From contig CAYJGR010000004.1 in NCBI GenBank assembly GCA_964370005.1, positions 1 through 63,233 on the forward strand: 63,233 nucleotides of DNA, given 5' to 3'. Shown here one piece after another: positions 25,002 through 35,745 of the stretch. The position numbers and the translations under genes are program-made. This DNA comes from an uncultured Oscillospiraceae bacterium (GTDB lineage Bacteria; Bacillota; Clostridia; Oscillospirales; Ruminococcaceae). Within the stretch, counting starts at the first letter, position 1. Each line of letters opens with the position of its first letter. The notes under the pieces were generated by a model that worked only from the letters and a program-made list of their open reading frames with translations, was not told where the DNA came from and did not search any database.

Positions 25002-26642
25002 GTGCAAGAACAGGCGAAAAAGTACTTAGATAAAATTAAAAAGATGTGGTTGGGACTTAGTAAAAATGTCAAAACCATCATAATAGGCGGTTTGCTCACA
25101 ACCCTTGTGGTGGTGGGTATTGTTGCCGTTATAAATGCAACGAGACCTTACACCACATTGTTCACAGGGCTAAATCAAGCCGATATGACCTCGGTGGTGT
25201 CTTATCTATCCGAGAGCGGGGTTACCGATTACAGAATAAGCGGTGATAATACCATCTTAGTACCCCCCGACCAAGAGGCACAGCTCAAGGCTGATTTGCT
25301 TATGCAAGGTTATCCCGATTCGGGTTATGGCTACTCGACCTATCTTGACAGTGTAGGGGGACTTACGACCGAATCCGAACGTAACACCCTATATTTCTAT
25401 GCACTGCAAGACCGCTTGGCTGCAGTAATTCGCAGTTTTGACGGTGTGCGGGATGCCACGGTCAATATAGCCCAGGGTGAGGATCGTTCCTATGTACTTG
25501 ATAGTGATTACATAGTGGAAGCCTCGGCGGCGGTTGTGGTTACCATGGAGGGTTCGACCGGTCTCTCTGAGGGACAAGTTGATGCCATAGGTTCTTTGGT
25601 GAGAACATCAGTACAGGGGCTTAAAATTGAAAACATAAGCATATCCGACACCATGGGCAATACATATACAACAGAGGGCTCGGAAGATACAATGTTGTCG
25701 AGCGTGCAGGATATATCTGCCCTAAAACTGCAACTTGAGAGTCAGGTAAACAATACAATTCGCAGCAATATATATCAGGTACTTGAGCCACTATTCGGCA
25801 CTGCAAATATTCGAGTGAGTGTAAACAGTGTTGTCGATGTTGACCGCAGTGTGGTGGATTCGACTGATTACACCCTTGAAGATTGGGCGGCCGATGGAAG
25901 CACCGGTGGCGAGGGTATTATAGGTAGCAAGATATACGACCAACAGTTTATAAGAAACGATCCCGACGCAGAGGGTGCTGTGGGTACCACCCCCAATGCC
26001 GACCTTAACGATTACGTTGAGCAGGAGGCACAACTGGACGGCACTGAGGAGCAGGTGACCAATTCGGGTCAGGATGAATTTTTAGTTGATACCGAGAACT
26101 CACAGGTCGAGCGATTGGCAGGGCGTGTGAGCGATGTAATGATATCGGTCACAATAAATCAAGACGCAATGGGAACGACCGGCATTGACGTACTCTACCC
26201 ACACATAGCACGTGCGGCCGGCATATCCATAGAGCAACAGCAGACCAAGATAAACATACTTGTTGCACCGTTCCAGATCACAGACGAAGGCGAGCTAATT
26301 ACCACACAGGGTGAGCTTATAGCCGGCATACCCAATTGGGTACTACTACTTATAGGTATTGCAATTATAGCTGTGATAGTGATAGTACTGCTGACCAGAC
26401 GCCGTGCAAAGCAGCGTGTGACCGAGCAGCAACAGGCACAGCAACGAGAGATCGATATACTGTATGGCCATCCGATGATGGGCGATCCTGTGATAAATGC
26501 ACAGCGGGCGGCCGACATAATGGAGATGGAGACCGAGCGCAGTATGGAATTGCGGCGTGAGATTCGCAAGTTTGTTGATGAAAACGCCGAGATTGCGGCT
26601 CAGGTTATCAAGAACTGGGTGAGAGAGGAGGGCGACGAATGA
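25002..26642 (+). CDS. fliF: Flagellar M-ring protein FliF
   Basis: 546 aa with an N-terminal TM helix, a YscJ/FliF-like periplasmic region, a second TM helix (IPNWVLLLIGIAIIAVIVIVLL) and a GTG start. Confidence 0.93.
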   Translation: MQEQAKKYLDKIKKMWLGLSKNVKTIIIGGLLTTLVVVGIVAVINATRPYTTLFTGLNQADMTSVVSYLSESGVTDYRISGDNTILVPPDQEAQLKADLLMQGYPDSGYGYSTYLDSVGGLTTESERNTLYFYALQDRLAAVIRSFDGVRDATVNIAQGEDRSYVLDSDYIVEASAAVVVTMEGSTGLSEGQVDAIGSLVRTSVQGLKIENISISDTMGNTYTTEGSEDTMLSSVQDISALKLQLESQVNNTIRSNIYQVLEPLFGTANIRVSVNSVVDVDRSVVDSTDYTLEDWAADGSTGGEGIIGSKIYDQQFIRNDPDAEGAVGTTPNADLNDYVEQEAQLDGTEEQVTNSGQDEFLVDTENSQVERLAGRVSDVMISVTINQDAMGTTGIDVLYPHIARAAGISIEQQQTKINILVAPFQITDEGELITTQGELIAGIPNWVLLLIGIAIIAVIVIVLLTRRRAKQRVTEQQQAQQREIDILYGHPMMGDPVINAQRAADIMEMETERSMELRREIRKFVDENAEIAAQVIKNWVREEGDE

Positions 26643-27766
26643 GCAAGGCTACAAGCGTTAAAGAAGTCGAGTTAGAAGAGTTTGAAGAGACTGAACAACC
26701 GCAGGAAACCGAAAAGCCTCAAAAGACCGAAGAACCTGCCCCTCCCGCCGAGCCTGCCAAGAAGTTAAGGGAGCTATCCCGCCAAGAGAAGGCGGCGGCG
26801 GTCATAGTATCACTGGGCACCGACAAGGCCTCCAAGATATATAAATTTATGGACTCTGAGGACGTGGAAGATTTAACCATGGAGGTTGCAAAACTCGGTT
26901 TTGTGGATGCCGACACCTCCGAGGAGGCCTTAAAGGAATATTATCAGTTATGCATGACCAGCAAGGCGGTGACCGAGGGCGGTATGGAATACGCCCGTGC
27001 CGTACTTGAGAAGACCTACGGCTCACAGGCGGCTGAGCTTATGCTTGACAAGCTTACAAAGACCATGCAGGTGCGTGAGTTTGACTTCCTGGCCAAGGCC
27101 GACGGCAAATCACTGTTTAATGCCCTACAGCAGGAGCGCCCCCAGACCATCGCGCTTGTACTGTCTTATGTTGATCCCGACAAGGCCGCCATGGTAATTG
27201 AGGGGCTTGACAAGGAGCGACAGGTGCAGGTGGTACAGAGCATCGCCAGCATGGAGAGCGCCTCTCCCTCGGCCGTACAGGTGGTACAAGAGGAGATAGG
27301 TAAGCGCTTCGAAAGCCTGTTCGACAGCAAGGCAGTCGAGGTTGGTGGTATCGATCATGTTGCCAGCATCATGAACAACGTAGACCGTTCCAACGAGAAG
27401 AGCATCTTCGAGAAGCTATCCAGAAAAGACGAGGCACTGGTCGACGAAATTCGCAAGAGGATGTTCACTTTCGAAGATATCAACGATATGGACGACCGTT
27501 CGGTACAGCGCTTTATTCGGGATTGCGACCCCAGGGATCTTGTACTTTCTATCAAGGGTGCCCAAAACGACGTGGCCGAGAAACTGTTCGCCAATATGTC
27601 TACTCGTATGGCCGAGACCATCAAAGACGACCTCGAGGTCACAACCAATGTCCGCATGAGAGACGTGGAGGAGGCACAACAGCGCGTGGTGTCCATCATA
27701 CGTTCTTTGGAGGAGCGCAACGAGCTGATCATCCTCAAGGGAGGAAGGGACGATATAATTGCCTAA
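26639..27766 (+). CDS. fliG: Flagellar motor switch protein FliG
   Basis: LSRQEKAAAVIVSLGTDKASKIYKFM...MFTFEDINDMDDRSVQRFIRD...ARMRDVEEAQQRVVSIIRSLEE. Confidence 0.95.
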   Translation: MSKATSVKEVELEEFEETEQPQETEKPQKTEEPAPPAEPAKKLRELSRQEKAAAVIVSLGTDKASKIYKFMDSEDVEDLTMEVAKLGFVDADTSEEALKEYYQLCMTSKAVTEGGMEYARAVLEKTYGSQAAELMLDKLTKTMQVREFDFLAKADGKSLFNALQQERPQTIALVLSYVDPDKAAMVIEGLDKERQVQVVQSIASMESASPSAVQVVQEEIGKRFESLFDSKAVEVGGIDHVASIMNNVDRSNEKSIFEKLSRKDEALVDEIRKRMFTFEDINDMDDRSVQRFIRDCDPRDLVLSIKGAQNDVAEKLFANMSTRMAETIKDDLEVTTNVRMRDVEEAQQRVVSIIRSLEERNELIILKGGRDDIIA

Positions 27767-28568
27767 TATCTTTAAGAGTTTCCTGAGCCCTGCGGTGGAT
27801 GACTACACATTTCCACCAACAGATGACATATCAGAGGGGGAGGCGGGTTCTGCCCTACCCACCCCTGAGGAGTTGGCCGAGCGCCTGCAACAGGAGATAG
27901 ACAACACTCCACCGCCCACCCCAAGTCTCGATACCTCTGCCCTGCGTTATGCAGACATTCAGGCAAAGCAGATTGTGGAGGATGCAAACTTCCGAGCCAA
28001 AGAAATTGTGGAAAAAAGACTCCGAGAGGCCGAAAAAGAGATAGAGAGTGAAAAGCAAAAGGCACGTTCGGAGGGTTACCGCAAGGGCTATGAGGAAGGG
28101 CTTGTGCAGGCAAGAGTTGAGGCTGATGTCCATTTGCAGGAGCAGTTTGACCTGCAAGAGCGGCAAATTGCCATGTTCCTTGAGAAAGCTATGATTGCCA
28201 AGGAAGAAATGCTCACCCAAACCAAAAGCGACCTGTGCGACCTTAGCATAGCGGTGGCCGAAAAGGTTATACATGTAAGCCTGGGCAGTAGCCGTGAAAT
28301 AATCGGCAAAATGATACAGGTAGCCACCGAAAAGCTAAAGCGTCGGGAATGGGTGCGTATATATGTCTCGGGCGAGAGTGCAAAACATCTGGCCGAGGCG
28401 CCCCCCGAGCTTGTCAGCGCATTGGCCGGCATATCGGACAACATAAAAATCATCCCAATGCCCGGAGACGAGGCCGGCACTTGTATAATAGAGATGCCCG
28501 ACGAGATAATTGATGCCAGCGCTTCGACCCAGCTCAACAATATCAAAAGTCTTATAACTCAAGGATGA
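27759..28568 (+). CDS. fliH: Flagellar assembly protein FliH
   Basis: Coiled-coil plus FliH/YscL-type C-terminus (DLSIAVAEKVIHVSL...IIDASASTQLNNI), with a TTG start after GGGAGGAAGGGA. Confidence 0.85.
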   Translation: MPNIFKSFLSPAVDDYTFPPTDDISEGEAGSALPTPEELAERLQQEIDNTPPPTPSLDTSALRYADIQAKQIVEDANFRAKEIVEKRLREAEKEIESEKQKARSEGYRKGYEEGLVQARVEADVHLQEQFDLQERQIAMFLEKAMIAKEEMLTQTKSDLCDLSIAVAEKVIHVSLGSSREIIGKMIQVATEKLKRREWVRIYVSGESAKHLAEAPPELVSALAGISDNIKIIPMPGDEAGTCIIEMPDEIIDASASTQLNNIKSLITQG

Positions 28569-28599
28569 CCCATCCCATATATCTTACCAAAAGGAGGAC

Positions 28600-29910
28600 A
28601 TGGACTCGGTGTTTGAACATACAATCCGCCAGTTGCGACAGGCCGAGACGGTCAGCTATATAGGTAAAATTGAAAACATGGTGGGTATGTCCATAGAGGC
28701 CTCGGGTGGCAGGGCGGCCGCAGGCGATATATGCCACATCTACAACGGTGAGGCAGGCGGGCGCATAATGGCCGAGGTTGTGGGATTTAAGGGCGATAAA
28801 ATGCTACTCATGCCCTACGCCCCAATGAGCGGACTTTCGGCGGGAAACTTTGTGCGAAACACAGGCCGCAGACTTAGTCTTACAATGGGTTCATTTCTCA
28901 AAGGCAGGGTGATAAATGCCCTGGGTCAGCCCATAGACGGCAAAGGACCTTTTGTGGGGGGAACGCCCTACTGTGTCGAAAATGGGAACTATATAAATCC
29001 ACTCACTCGTCCTCCCATAAGACAGAGGATGGAGTTTGGAATAAAAGCCATAGATAGTATGCTAACAATAGGAAAGGGACAGCGCATAGGCATATTTTCG
29101 GGTTCGGGTGTCGGCAAGAGTACCCTTATGGGTATGATAGCCAGAAACGTCAAGGCCGATATAAACGTCATAGCCCTTGTGGGGGAACGTGGTCGAGAGG
29201 TACTTGAGTTCATTCAAAAGGACTTGGGTGAGGAGGGTATGCGACGTTCGATTTTGGTGGTTGCCACCTCTGACCAACCTGCAATGCTTCGCAAGCAGTG
29301 CCCTTCGGTGGCCACTGGTATAGCCGAATATTTCCGTGACCAAGGCTACGATGTACTGCTTATGATGGATTCCCTCACACGATTTGCCATGGCACAGCGT
29401 GAAATAGGGCTTGCAGTGGGCGAACCGCCGGTGGCAAGGGGTTACACCCCCTCGATCTATTCCGAGCTCCCAAAGCTTTTAGAGCGCAGTGGCAATTTCC
29501 AAAGGGGTTCAATAACGGGGGTCTACACCGTACTTGTCGAGGGTGACGACACAAACGAGCCTATAGCCGACACGGTGCGAGGTATCCTTGATGGACACAT
29601 AGTGCTCTCCAGAGCTTTGGCCAACAGCAACCATTTTCCGGCCATAGATGTAAGTAGCAGTATCTCCCGTCTGATGCCCGATATAACAAGTGAGGAGCAC
29701 AGGGAGTTATCGGGTCGAGTGCGAGATGTCATGAGCATATTTGAAAAGAACGCTGACCTTGTAAACATAGGCGCATACAAAAGCGGTACAAATCCAAAAC
29801 TTGATTATGCCCTGAGCAAGATAGACGGCATAAATCAGTTTCTCAAGCAGGGGATCAACGAAAGTTTTTCACACGAAAAAAGCATGGAAATAATGCGCAA
29901 ACTGCTGTGA
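28600..29910 (+). CDS. fliI: Flagellum-specific ATPase FliI
   Basis: Walker A GSGVGKST. DSLTRFAMAQREIGLAVGEPPVARGYTPS is the T3SS ATPase signature. Confidence 0.97.
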   Translation: MDSVFEHTIRQLRQAETVSYIGKIENMVGMSIEASGGRAAAGDICHIYNGEAGGRIMAEVVGFKGDKMLLMPYAPMSGLSAGNFVRNTGRRLSLTMGSFLKGRVINALGQPIDGKGPFVGGTPYCVENGNYINPLTRPPIRQRMEFGIKAIDSMLTIGKGQRIGIFSGSGVGKSTLMGMIARNVKADINVIALVGERGREVLEFIQKDLGEEGMRRSILVVATSDQPAMLRKQCPSVATGIAEYFRDQGYDVLLMMDSLTRFAMAQREIGLAVGEPPVARGYTPSIYSELPKLLERSGNFQRGSITGVYTVLVEGDDTNEPIADTVRGILDGHIVLSRALANSNHFPAIDVSSSISRLMPDITSEEHRELSGRVRDVMSIFEKNADLVNIGAYKSGTNPKLDYALSKIDGINQFLKQGINESFSHEKSMEIMRKLL

Positions 29911-29928
29911 TACGAGCGGAGGTAGCCA

Positions 29929-30372
29929 GTGAAACAGTTTAAGTTTGGACTTGAGAACGTGCTCGGATACAAACAACAGGTGCTCGACGGAGTAAAAAGC
30001 GAATATGCTGTACTTATGGGGCGTGTTCGAGACCAAGAAAGACTTTTGCAAAGAACAGAGCAAAACTATCGGGAGTTAAATGCAGAGTTTAGACAGGCTG
30101 AAACCGAGGGTATGAGCATAGCCAAGGCCAGAAGCTACGAGACAGGCCTTAGAATACTTGAACACCGCATACGCACCGAGACCGAAACACTTAGGCAATA
30201 CGAGGCCGAGGCCGAGGAAAAGCGGGAAGAGATGGTTGGAGCAAAGCAGGAGACCGCAACGCTGGAAAAACTGCGGGAAAACAGGCTTGCAAGTTACCGC
30301 AAGCAGGCACAAAAGCAGGAGGAGCTGTTCATAGACGAACTCGTGGCCGCCACACGTGCGATGGCCGACTGA
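29929..30372 (+). CDS. fliJ: Flagellar export protein FliJ
   Basis: 147 aa coiled coil in the fliI-fliK position, with a GTG start after GGAGG. Confidence 0.8.
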   Translation: MKQFKFGLENVLGYKQQVLDGVKSEYAVLMGRVRDQERLLQRTEQNYRELNAEFRQAETEGMSIAKARSYETGLRILEHRIRTETETLRQYEAEAEEKREEMVGAKQETATLEKLRENRLASYRKQAQKQEELFIDELVAATRAMAD

Positions 30373-30421
30373 GAAAGTCATTGAGCATATACATATTATT
30401 TGGAAAGGAGGTGAAACAGAG

Positions 30422-31468
30422 ATGAATGCATTGCAAGCGTTATTTGAGATGACTATGGCGGTGAGCAAAAACCCCACACCCTCACAAAGCGACAGTAGCA
30501 CACCAAGCTTTGAGGAGATGTTACAGAACAAGAGTTTGGAGACGGCAACCACTACCACCACTACCACGGTGACCGACACCGACAAACCGACGACCGACGA
30601 CACAGAGCTTCCCGAGGAGGCAGGTTTGATGGAGGCGGCAGCCACGGCGGTACTGCAAAATGCTACGACACAGACCGCACCGCAAATTCTCCAAAATGGC
30701 GTACAAATTGTGCCCGAGGAGGTACAGCAGGTGCAGGGTGATATGACAAACCCTGTGGTTATAGCACAGGTGGCCGACGAGGCGCCGGTGGTACAGCCCC
30801 AAACGGGGACCGATGCGATGCCAACCACAGATGCGCAGACCACCCAAACCGAGCCTACACAGGTTATCCCCACAGCCCAGACTGATGGGCAAGCCCATGG
30901 GCAGGAGCAGAGTGAGGCGGGCGAGGGTAGCGGACAAAACCTACTTCCCGACGATGCCGAGGTACTGGACACCCTTGACACCGGGCCCAAGGCGCTGTTT
31001 AAGGATACACAACAGATGCCGACCAAGGTGGGCGATGGTGCTACACTTGATACAACCTCGACACAGTTTGAGAGCAAACTTTCAAGCCAAATACTCACAG
31101 CGGCACAAAACGGCCAACAGCAGGTGGTATTACAGCTAACCCCCGAGAATTTGGGCAAGGTTGTAGTTGAGCTAAACTTGCAGGGTGGCATACTCAATGT
31201 TGTGCTACAGGTTGAGAATGAGAGTGCACTGCGACTGCTGACAGACCAAACTGCAACACTGGGCAATATGCTACAGAGTAGCGGTCAAGAGGTACGGGTA
31301 CAGGTCACACAGGCCGATGGCAGCGAACAACCGTGGCAACATCCCGATCAAGAGGGTGGCAACAAGCAGCAGCAGGAAAGACAAAGGCAGGACACCCCAC
31401 AGGAGGCCGAAGATTTTCTACAGAAACTCCGATTGGGACTGTTCCAAAATGAAATCGAATCAGCATAG
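30422..31468 (+). CDS. fliK: Flagellar hook-length control protein FliK
   Basis: T/Q/P-rich ruler region plus C-terminal VVLQLTPENLGKVVVELNLQGGILNVVLQVENESALRLL. The ATG at 30422 follows GGAAAGGAGG. Confidence 0.85.
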   Translation: MNALQALFEMTMAVSKNPTPSQSDSSTPSFEEMLQNKSLETATTTTTTTVTDTDKPTTDDTELPEEAGLMEAAATAVLQNATTQTAPQILQNGVQIVPEEVQQVQGDMTNPVVIAQVADEAPVVQPQTGTDAMPTTDAQTTQTEPTQVIPTAQTDGQAHGQEQSEAGEGSGQNLLPDDAEVLDTLDTGPKALFKDTQQMPTKVGDGATLDTTSTQFESKLSSQILTAAQNGQQQVVLQLTPENLGKVVVELNLQGGILNVVLQVENESALRLLTDQTATLGNMLQSSGQEVRVQVTQADGSEQPWQHPDQEGGNKQQQERQRQDTPQEAEDFLQKLRLGLFQNEIESA

Positions 31469-31482
31469 AGAGGTGAGATACA

Positions 31483-32055
31483 ATGGATTTTCTACCACTG
31501 GACTTAGGGGTAAATACCGGGAGTTACAGCACGTTTGATACCGACTTAACCCTCTCACAGCAGCTTGACATCGAAATATTTGAGCCGGGCGAGGACACAG
31601 GGCTTAATTTTGATGACTTTATGTTACTGATGATACAGCAGCTACAAAGTCAGACGATGGACAACACCATGGATACCACCGCAATGATGGAGCAGATGGT
31701 GCAGATGTCCACAGTTGAGATGTTATCTTCGGTGCAGGAGAGTATTGATGCACTGGTGCAAACGAATGTGATGTCTTATTCGGCGTCATTGGTGGGCAAG
31801 ACGGTTACAGTCGGCACTTATGACGATTCGGGCAACCTTACCGAGACGGTCGGACAGGTCACAGGCACGGGCGTGTATCAAGGTGATCAGGTTATATTTG
31901 TGGATGGCGAGATGTACCCGCTTAACAGCATAATGGCGGTGGGCACATTGCCGGCAGCACCTACACCCGATGAGGGCGAGGGCGAAACCGATACAGATGC
32001 TGACAGCTCGACAGAGGACAATGTCACTGACGAGGGAGAAATCGAAACTATCTAA
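31483..32055 (+). CDS. flgD: Flagellar hook capping/assembly protein FlgD
   Basis: FMLLMIQQLQSQTMDNTMD...SYSASLVGKTVTV. Confidence 0.88.
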   Translation: MDFLPLDLGVNTGSYSTFDTDLTLSQQLDIEIFEPGEDTGLNFDDFMLLMIQQLQSQTMDNTMDTTAMMEQMVQMSTVEMLSSVQESIDALVQTNVMSYSASLVGKTVTVGTYDDSGNLTETVGQVTGTGVYQGDQVIFVDGEMYPLNSIMAVGTLPAAPTPDEGEGETDTDADSSTEDNVTDEGEIETI

Positions 32056-32109
32056 CTTATATCGTCTGATGGATACAGACGAGCGTACTAAATGGAAGGA
32101 GGCGGTGAA

Positions 32110-32496
32110 ATGACCGACCGGATAAATCAAGTCGGTTTGGGGACGCTGGGCACTGCCACAGTGGCAAAGCCGGTGACATCGCAGGGTGAGAATGGCACGT
32201 TTGCGGCCATGCTTTCCAAGGAGATGGGCAAATCCGAGGGGCAACAGGTAGCCTTTTCTAAACATGCGATGGAAAGAGCGCAAGAGCGGGGCATAGAGGT
32301 AACACCTAATCTCATGGATCGTCTAAATGATTCTGTTGAGAAAGCACAATCCAAGGGTGCAACCAATATACTTGCATTTGACCGCAGTTTGGCATTTATA
32401 ATCAACGTTCCAAATCAGCGTGTAATCACCACAATGTCTCAGGATGAGATGAAAGAAAATATTTTTACAAACATTGACGGTGCCGTGATGTTATAA
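32110..32496 (+). CDS. Flagellar operon protein of unknown function (TIGR02530-like)
   Basis: FSKHAMERAQERGIEVTPNLMDRLNDSVEKAQSKGATNILAF..., positioned between flgD and flgE as in other Firmicutes and spirochetes. Confidence 0.6.
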   Translation: MTDRINQVGLGTLGTATVAKPVTSQGENGTFAAMLSKEMGKSEGQQVAFSKHAMERAQERGIEVTPNLMDRLNDSVEKAQSKGATNILAFDRSLAFIINVPNQRVITTMSQDEMKENIFTNIDGAVML

Positions 32497-32584
32497 TAAG
32501 ATTAAGAGCAGGACCGAAAGGATGCTCAGGAGAAGGTCCGATTGACCGACTCCCTCTCGGCATGTAGGAAAGGAGCACTACAAT

Positions 32585-33661
32585 ATGGCATTAACAGGCG
32601 CAATGAGCGCAGGAATTTCAGGAATGAAGGCACATATGGAAGCCCTTAACACCACGGGTAACAATGTGGCCAACGTTAACACTTACGGTTACAAGGCAGG
32701 GCGTGTAACTTTTAAGGAAAGTATTTATTCGACACAATCGGCTTCGGCCGACGGCACCGAGCTTATCGGCGGTGTCAACGCAAAACAAACCGGTTACGGT
32801 GCAACTGTGGGGGCAATCGACCTCGACATGGGCACAAAGGGACTGGAGTCCACAGGCAAACCCAATGATCTTTCGATACAAGGCAACGGATTTTTCATGC
32901 TGGGCGACAAAGAAGGTGTACTTGCCACCGAGCTTGATAGTCTGATGTTCTCCCGTGTGGGTGACTTCCGTTTTGATTCGGATGGTTATCTTGTGGACTC
33001 TGGTGGTAATATCGTATATGGTTTTCTTAACTGTTCCACAAGTGATACCGGCGATTTCAATGGTGCAATCGGCACAGATGTTGACAATACAAAAATAAGT
33101 ACCAACCTTGTGCCTATACGTTTGCCGGCCGAGTCGGATGGTAGCACAGCCATAGGAGGCAATACAGGCGATGCGGTTTACCCCGGTGCTACCGTTGGTG
33201 GCGCAAACTCCACAACTGCCGAATACGATGCTTTGCCCGCTGTTCAGCTTGAAAGCATGAGTATTGATCAGAGCGGCAAGATTATCGGTGTAAACTCCAA
33301 GACAGGCGATCCTGTCGTAGTTGGTTATATCGCTATCGGTTCTGTACCCAACCCCAGCGCACTCACCCACACCCAAGGTCCTTACTATAAGGCACTTGGT
33401 AACACAGGTCCTACGACAGTATCAGCCCCCGGCGGCGCACTTACAGGCTATCTTGACAATGCCACCACCGGCGATGCTGAAATGTCGGTCGAGGGCAACT
33501 CAGGCACAACCGTAATGCCCGGCTTCCTTGAGATGTCCGGCACCGACCTTGCCACCGAGTTTGCCAACATGATTTCCTACCAACGTGGCTACCAAGCCAA
33601 CACCCGTATAATAACAGTAACCGACAGTATGCTCGAAGAGCTTGTAAACATCAAGCGATAA
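32585..33661 (+). CDS. flgE: Flagellar hook protein FlgE
   Basis: GISGMKAHMEALNTTGNNVANVNTYGYKAGRVTF at the N-terminus and MISYQRGYQANTRIITVTDSMLEELVNI at the C-terminus. Confidence 0.92.
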   Translation: MALTGAMSAGISGMKAHMEALNTTGNNVANVNTYGYKAGRVTFKESIYSTQSASADGTELIGGVNAKQTGYGATVGAIDLDMGTKGLESTGKPNDLSIQGNGFFMLGDKEGVLATELDSLMFSRVGDFRFDSDGYLVDSGGNIVYGFLNCSTSDTGDFNGAIGTDVDNTKISTNLVPIRLPAESDGSTAIGGNTGDAVYPGATVGGANSTTAEYDALPAVQLESMSIDQSGKIIGVNSKTGDPVVVGYIAIGSVPNPSALTHTQGPYYKALGNTGPTTVSAPGGALTGYLDNATTGDAEMSVEGNSGTTVMPGFLEMSGTDLATEFANMISYQRGYQANTRIITVTDSMLEELVNIKR

Positions 33662-33748
33662 TTATTTAGCTAAAAGCACTAAATCCTGCCCACTCGGGGC
33701 ATGAGACATGTTCCGAGTGTGGCAGGGCAATAAAAGGAGGCAGCACAA

Positions 33749-33964
33749 GTGATTAGACTACAAAAGATGAATGGTGAATGGTTTTTGTTAAACCACAATC
33801 AAATTGAGTGCATTGAGTTGATTCCCGAGTGCAAAATTGTTATGATGAATAGAGACTATTATATCGTCAAGGATTCTGAGGAAGAAGTCATTCAAAAAAT
33901 CACCAAGTACAACGCAAGGGTGCAGGACTTCCGCCGTCAGATTACCATTGCCGAGTCAAAATAG
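33749..33964 (+). CDS. flbD: Flagellar protein FlbD
   Basis: MIRLQKMNGEWFLLNHNQIECIE...IVMMNRDYYIVKDSEEEVIQKI. Confidence 0.88.
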   Translation: MIRLQKMNGEWFLLNHNQIECIELIPECKIVMMNRDYYIVKDSEEEVIQKITKYNARVQDFRRQITIAESK

Positions 33965-34020
33965 ATAAGGAGTTCGCATTGGACTGACTCCAACATGATA
34001 GTAAAAAGGGGAAAATAAGG

Positions 34021-34860
34021 ATGAATATTGTATACCTCATAGGAATAGGCGTAGCATTTTTCTTCATGCTATTCGGTATTGTTGTAAGCATTGACATATC
34101 GTCGGGCTTTGCCATAGGCTTTAACCCTGATCGTCTGCTCAACTTCTTTGACCCGTCGAGTATACTTATCGTTATCGGCGGTACATTGGCGGTTGTGGTG
34201 GCCTGTTATCCAAAGCTTGCACTGTCATTCCCAAAACATTTCAAGATAATGCTCAGTGCCAAAACATTTGATCCTGTGACTTATGTTGACCAGCTCACCG
34301 AGCTTGCCCAAATTGCTCGTAAGAATGGTCTGCTTTCACTTGAAGAAAAGGCCAATGAGCAGTCTGATCCTTTTTTCAAACAAGCCATCATGCTCATAGT
34401 TGATGCTACAGACCCCGATCGTGTGCGGCGTATACTTGAAAACGACTTGGAGCAGACTTCCGAACGACACCAACGTGTTATTACGATGTATGAAAAAGGT
34501 TCAGCGGCAGCACCTGCTTTTGGTATGATCGGTACGCTGATAGGACTTATAAACATGCTTAAAAACCTATCGGGTGCTGATATGAGCTCACTCGGACCCG
34601 ATATGTCCACCGCTATGATTACCACCCTATATGGCTCGGCTGTGGCGCATATTGTTTTTAGTCCAATTGCCACAAACCTTGCAGCTCGTGATGAAGAAGA
34701 AGTGCTATGCCGACAGATTGTAATTGAGGGCATAGTGGCCATACAGGGCGGTGAAAACCCCAAGTTCTTGCGGGAATCGTTATACATATTTATGAACCAG
34801 AAACTGCGTGAGAGCGGAGTGGCGGCCATTCCCGATGCGGGTGGCAATGATGACGATTAA
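34021..34860 (+). CDS. motA: Flagellar stator protein MotA
   Basis: AAPAFGMIGTLIGLINML...MSTAMITTLYGSAVAHIVFSPIA is the MotA/TolQ/ExbB channel motif. Confidence 0.93.
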   Translation: MNIVYLIGIGVAFFFMLFGIVVSIDISSGFAIGFNPDRLLNFFDPSSILIVIGGTLAVVVACYPKLALSFPKHFKIMLSAKTFDPVTYVDQLTELAQIARKNGLLSLEEKANEQSDPFFKQAIMLIVDATDPDRVRRILENDLEQTSERHQRVITMYEKGSAAAPAFGMIGTLIGLINMLKNLSGADMSSLGPDMSTAMITTLYGSAVAHIVFSPIATNLAARDEEEVLCRQIVIEGIVAIQGGENPKFLRESLYIFMNQKLRESGVAAIPDAGGNDDD

Positions 34861-34908
34861 GTTCGAGCCACATTTGGTGCACAAAAGTCCTGCAAGGAGG
34901 AATGAGCC

Positions 34909-35676
34909 ATGAAGAAAAAGCCAAAAAGTAGCGGCGGCGGTGCCAACTGGATGGACACCTATGGCGATATGGTTACACTGTTGCTTTGCTTTTTTGTTAT
35001 GCTATATTCAATGTCTACGATAGATCAAGCCAAATGGAATGCGCTTGTTGAGGCCTTTAACCCTGATGTGACCATGGAGGAGTTGGCCAATACCTCAAAC
35101 CCACCCAGCGACCAAAATGAGTTCACTGAAAATCAGATGGAACAACAAATGCAGGAACTATTTACAGCCATGAACGAATACGTTGAGGGTGCGGGTCTTA
35201 GCAACGATATAACATTGACCAACGGCAATGGATATGTGTTTATATCATTTGATGATGCGGTGTTTTTTGCGGGGGATAGTTATACACTGCTACCAAGTGG
35301 TGAGGCGGTACTTGATCAGGTGGCTTTATCCATAGCCGATACTGCTGAATATGTAAATGAGATTAGGGTGCTGGGTCATACAGCTCAAGCCCTACCCGAT
35401 GCGGCAAATCCGGTATTGGCCGATAGAATGTTATCCTCAAATCGTGCTACTATGATAACAGTGTATTTGCAAGAGAAAGATATAATCGATCCTGCAAGAA
35501 TTATAAGTGTGGGATATGGACAGTGGCGACCGGCTGCCAGCAATGAGACCGAGGATACAAGAGCACAAAACCGTCGAGTAGAGTTAATAATCAGTGGCCT
35601 TGATTCCTCGGGAGATTTTGAAGATGAAATTGAGACATACTACACCATGCGGGGAGACGAAAGTGCTCCTGTATAA
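34909..35676 (+). CDS. motB: Flagellar stator protein MotB (OmpA-like C-terminus)
   Basis: WMDTYGDMVTLLLCFFVMLYSMS plug/TM segment with the conserved Asp, plus C-terminal NRATMITVYL...QNRRVELII. Confidence 0.93.
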   Translation: MKKKPKSSGGGANWMDTYGDMVTLLLCFFVMLYSMSTIDQAKWNALVEAFNPDVTMEELANTSNPPSDQNEFTENQMEQQMQELFTAMNEYVEGAGLSNDITLTNGNGYVFISFDDAVFFAGDSYTLLPSGEAVLDQVALSIADTAEYVNEIRVLGHTAQALPDAANPVLADRMLSSNRATMITVYLQEKDIIDPARIISVGYGQWRPAASNETEDTRAQNRRVELIISGLDSSGDFEDEIETYYTMRGDESAPV

Positions 35677-35745
35677 CATGCAGAATAGGATTTTTGAGAG
35701 TAATGTTGAGAATATATTTGGAAACATGCCGCAAAGATTGGGGGG

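Noticed and set aside
30076-31266. A 396-aa ORF antisense to fliJ and fliK, rich in Ser, Cys, Thr and Val.
   Set aside because: It is the low-complexity mirror of the T/Q/P-rich FliK ruler region. It has no translation signals and no recognisable domain.
33662-33748. An imperfect hairpin (CCTGCCCACTCGG ... CCGAGTGTGGCAGG) between flgE and flbD.
   Set aside because: It has no U-tract and lies inside a continuous operon. It is probably an mRNA processing or stability element at most, and the evidence is too thin to call it a feature.
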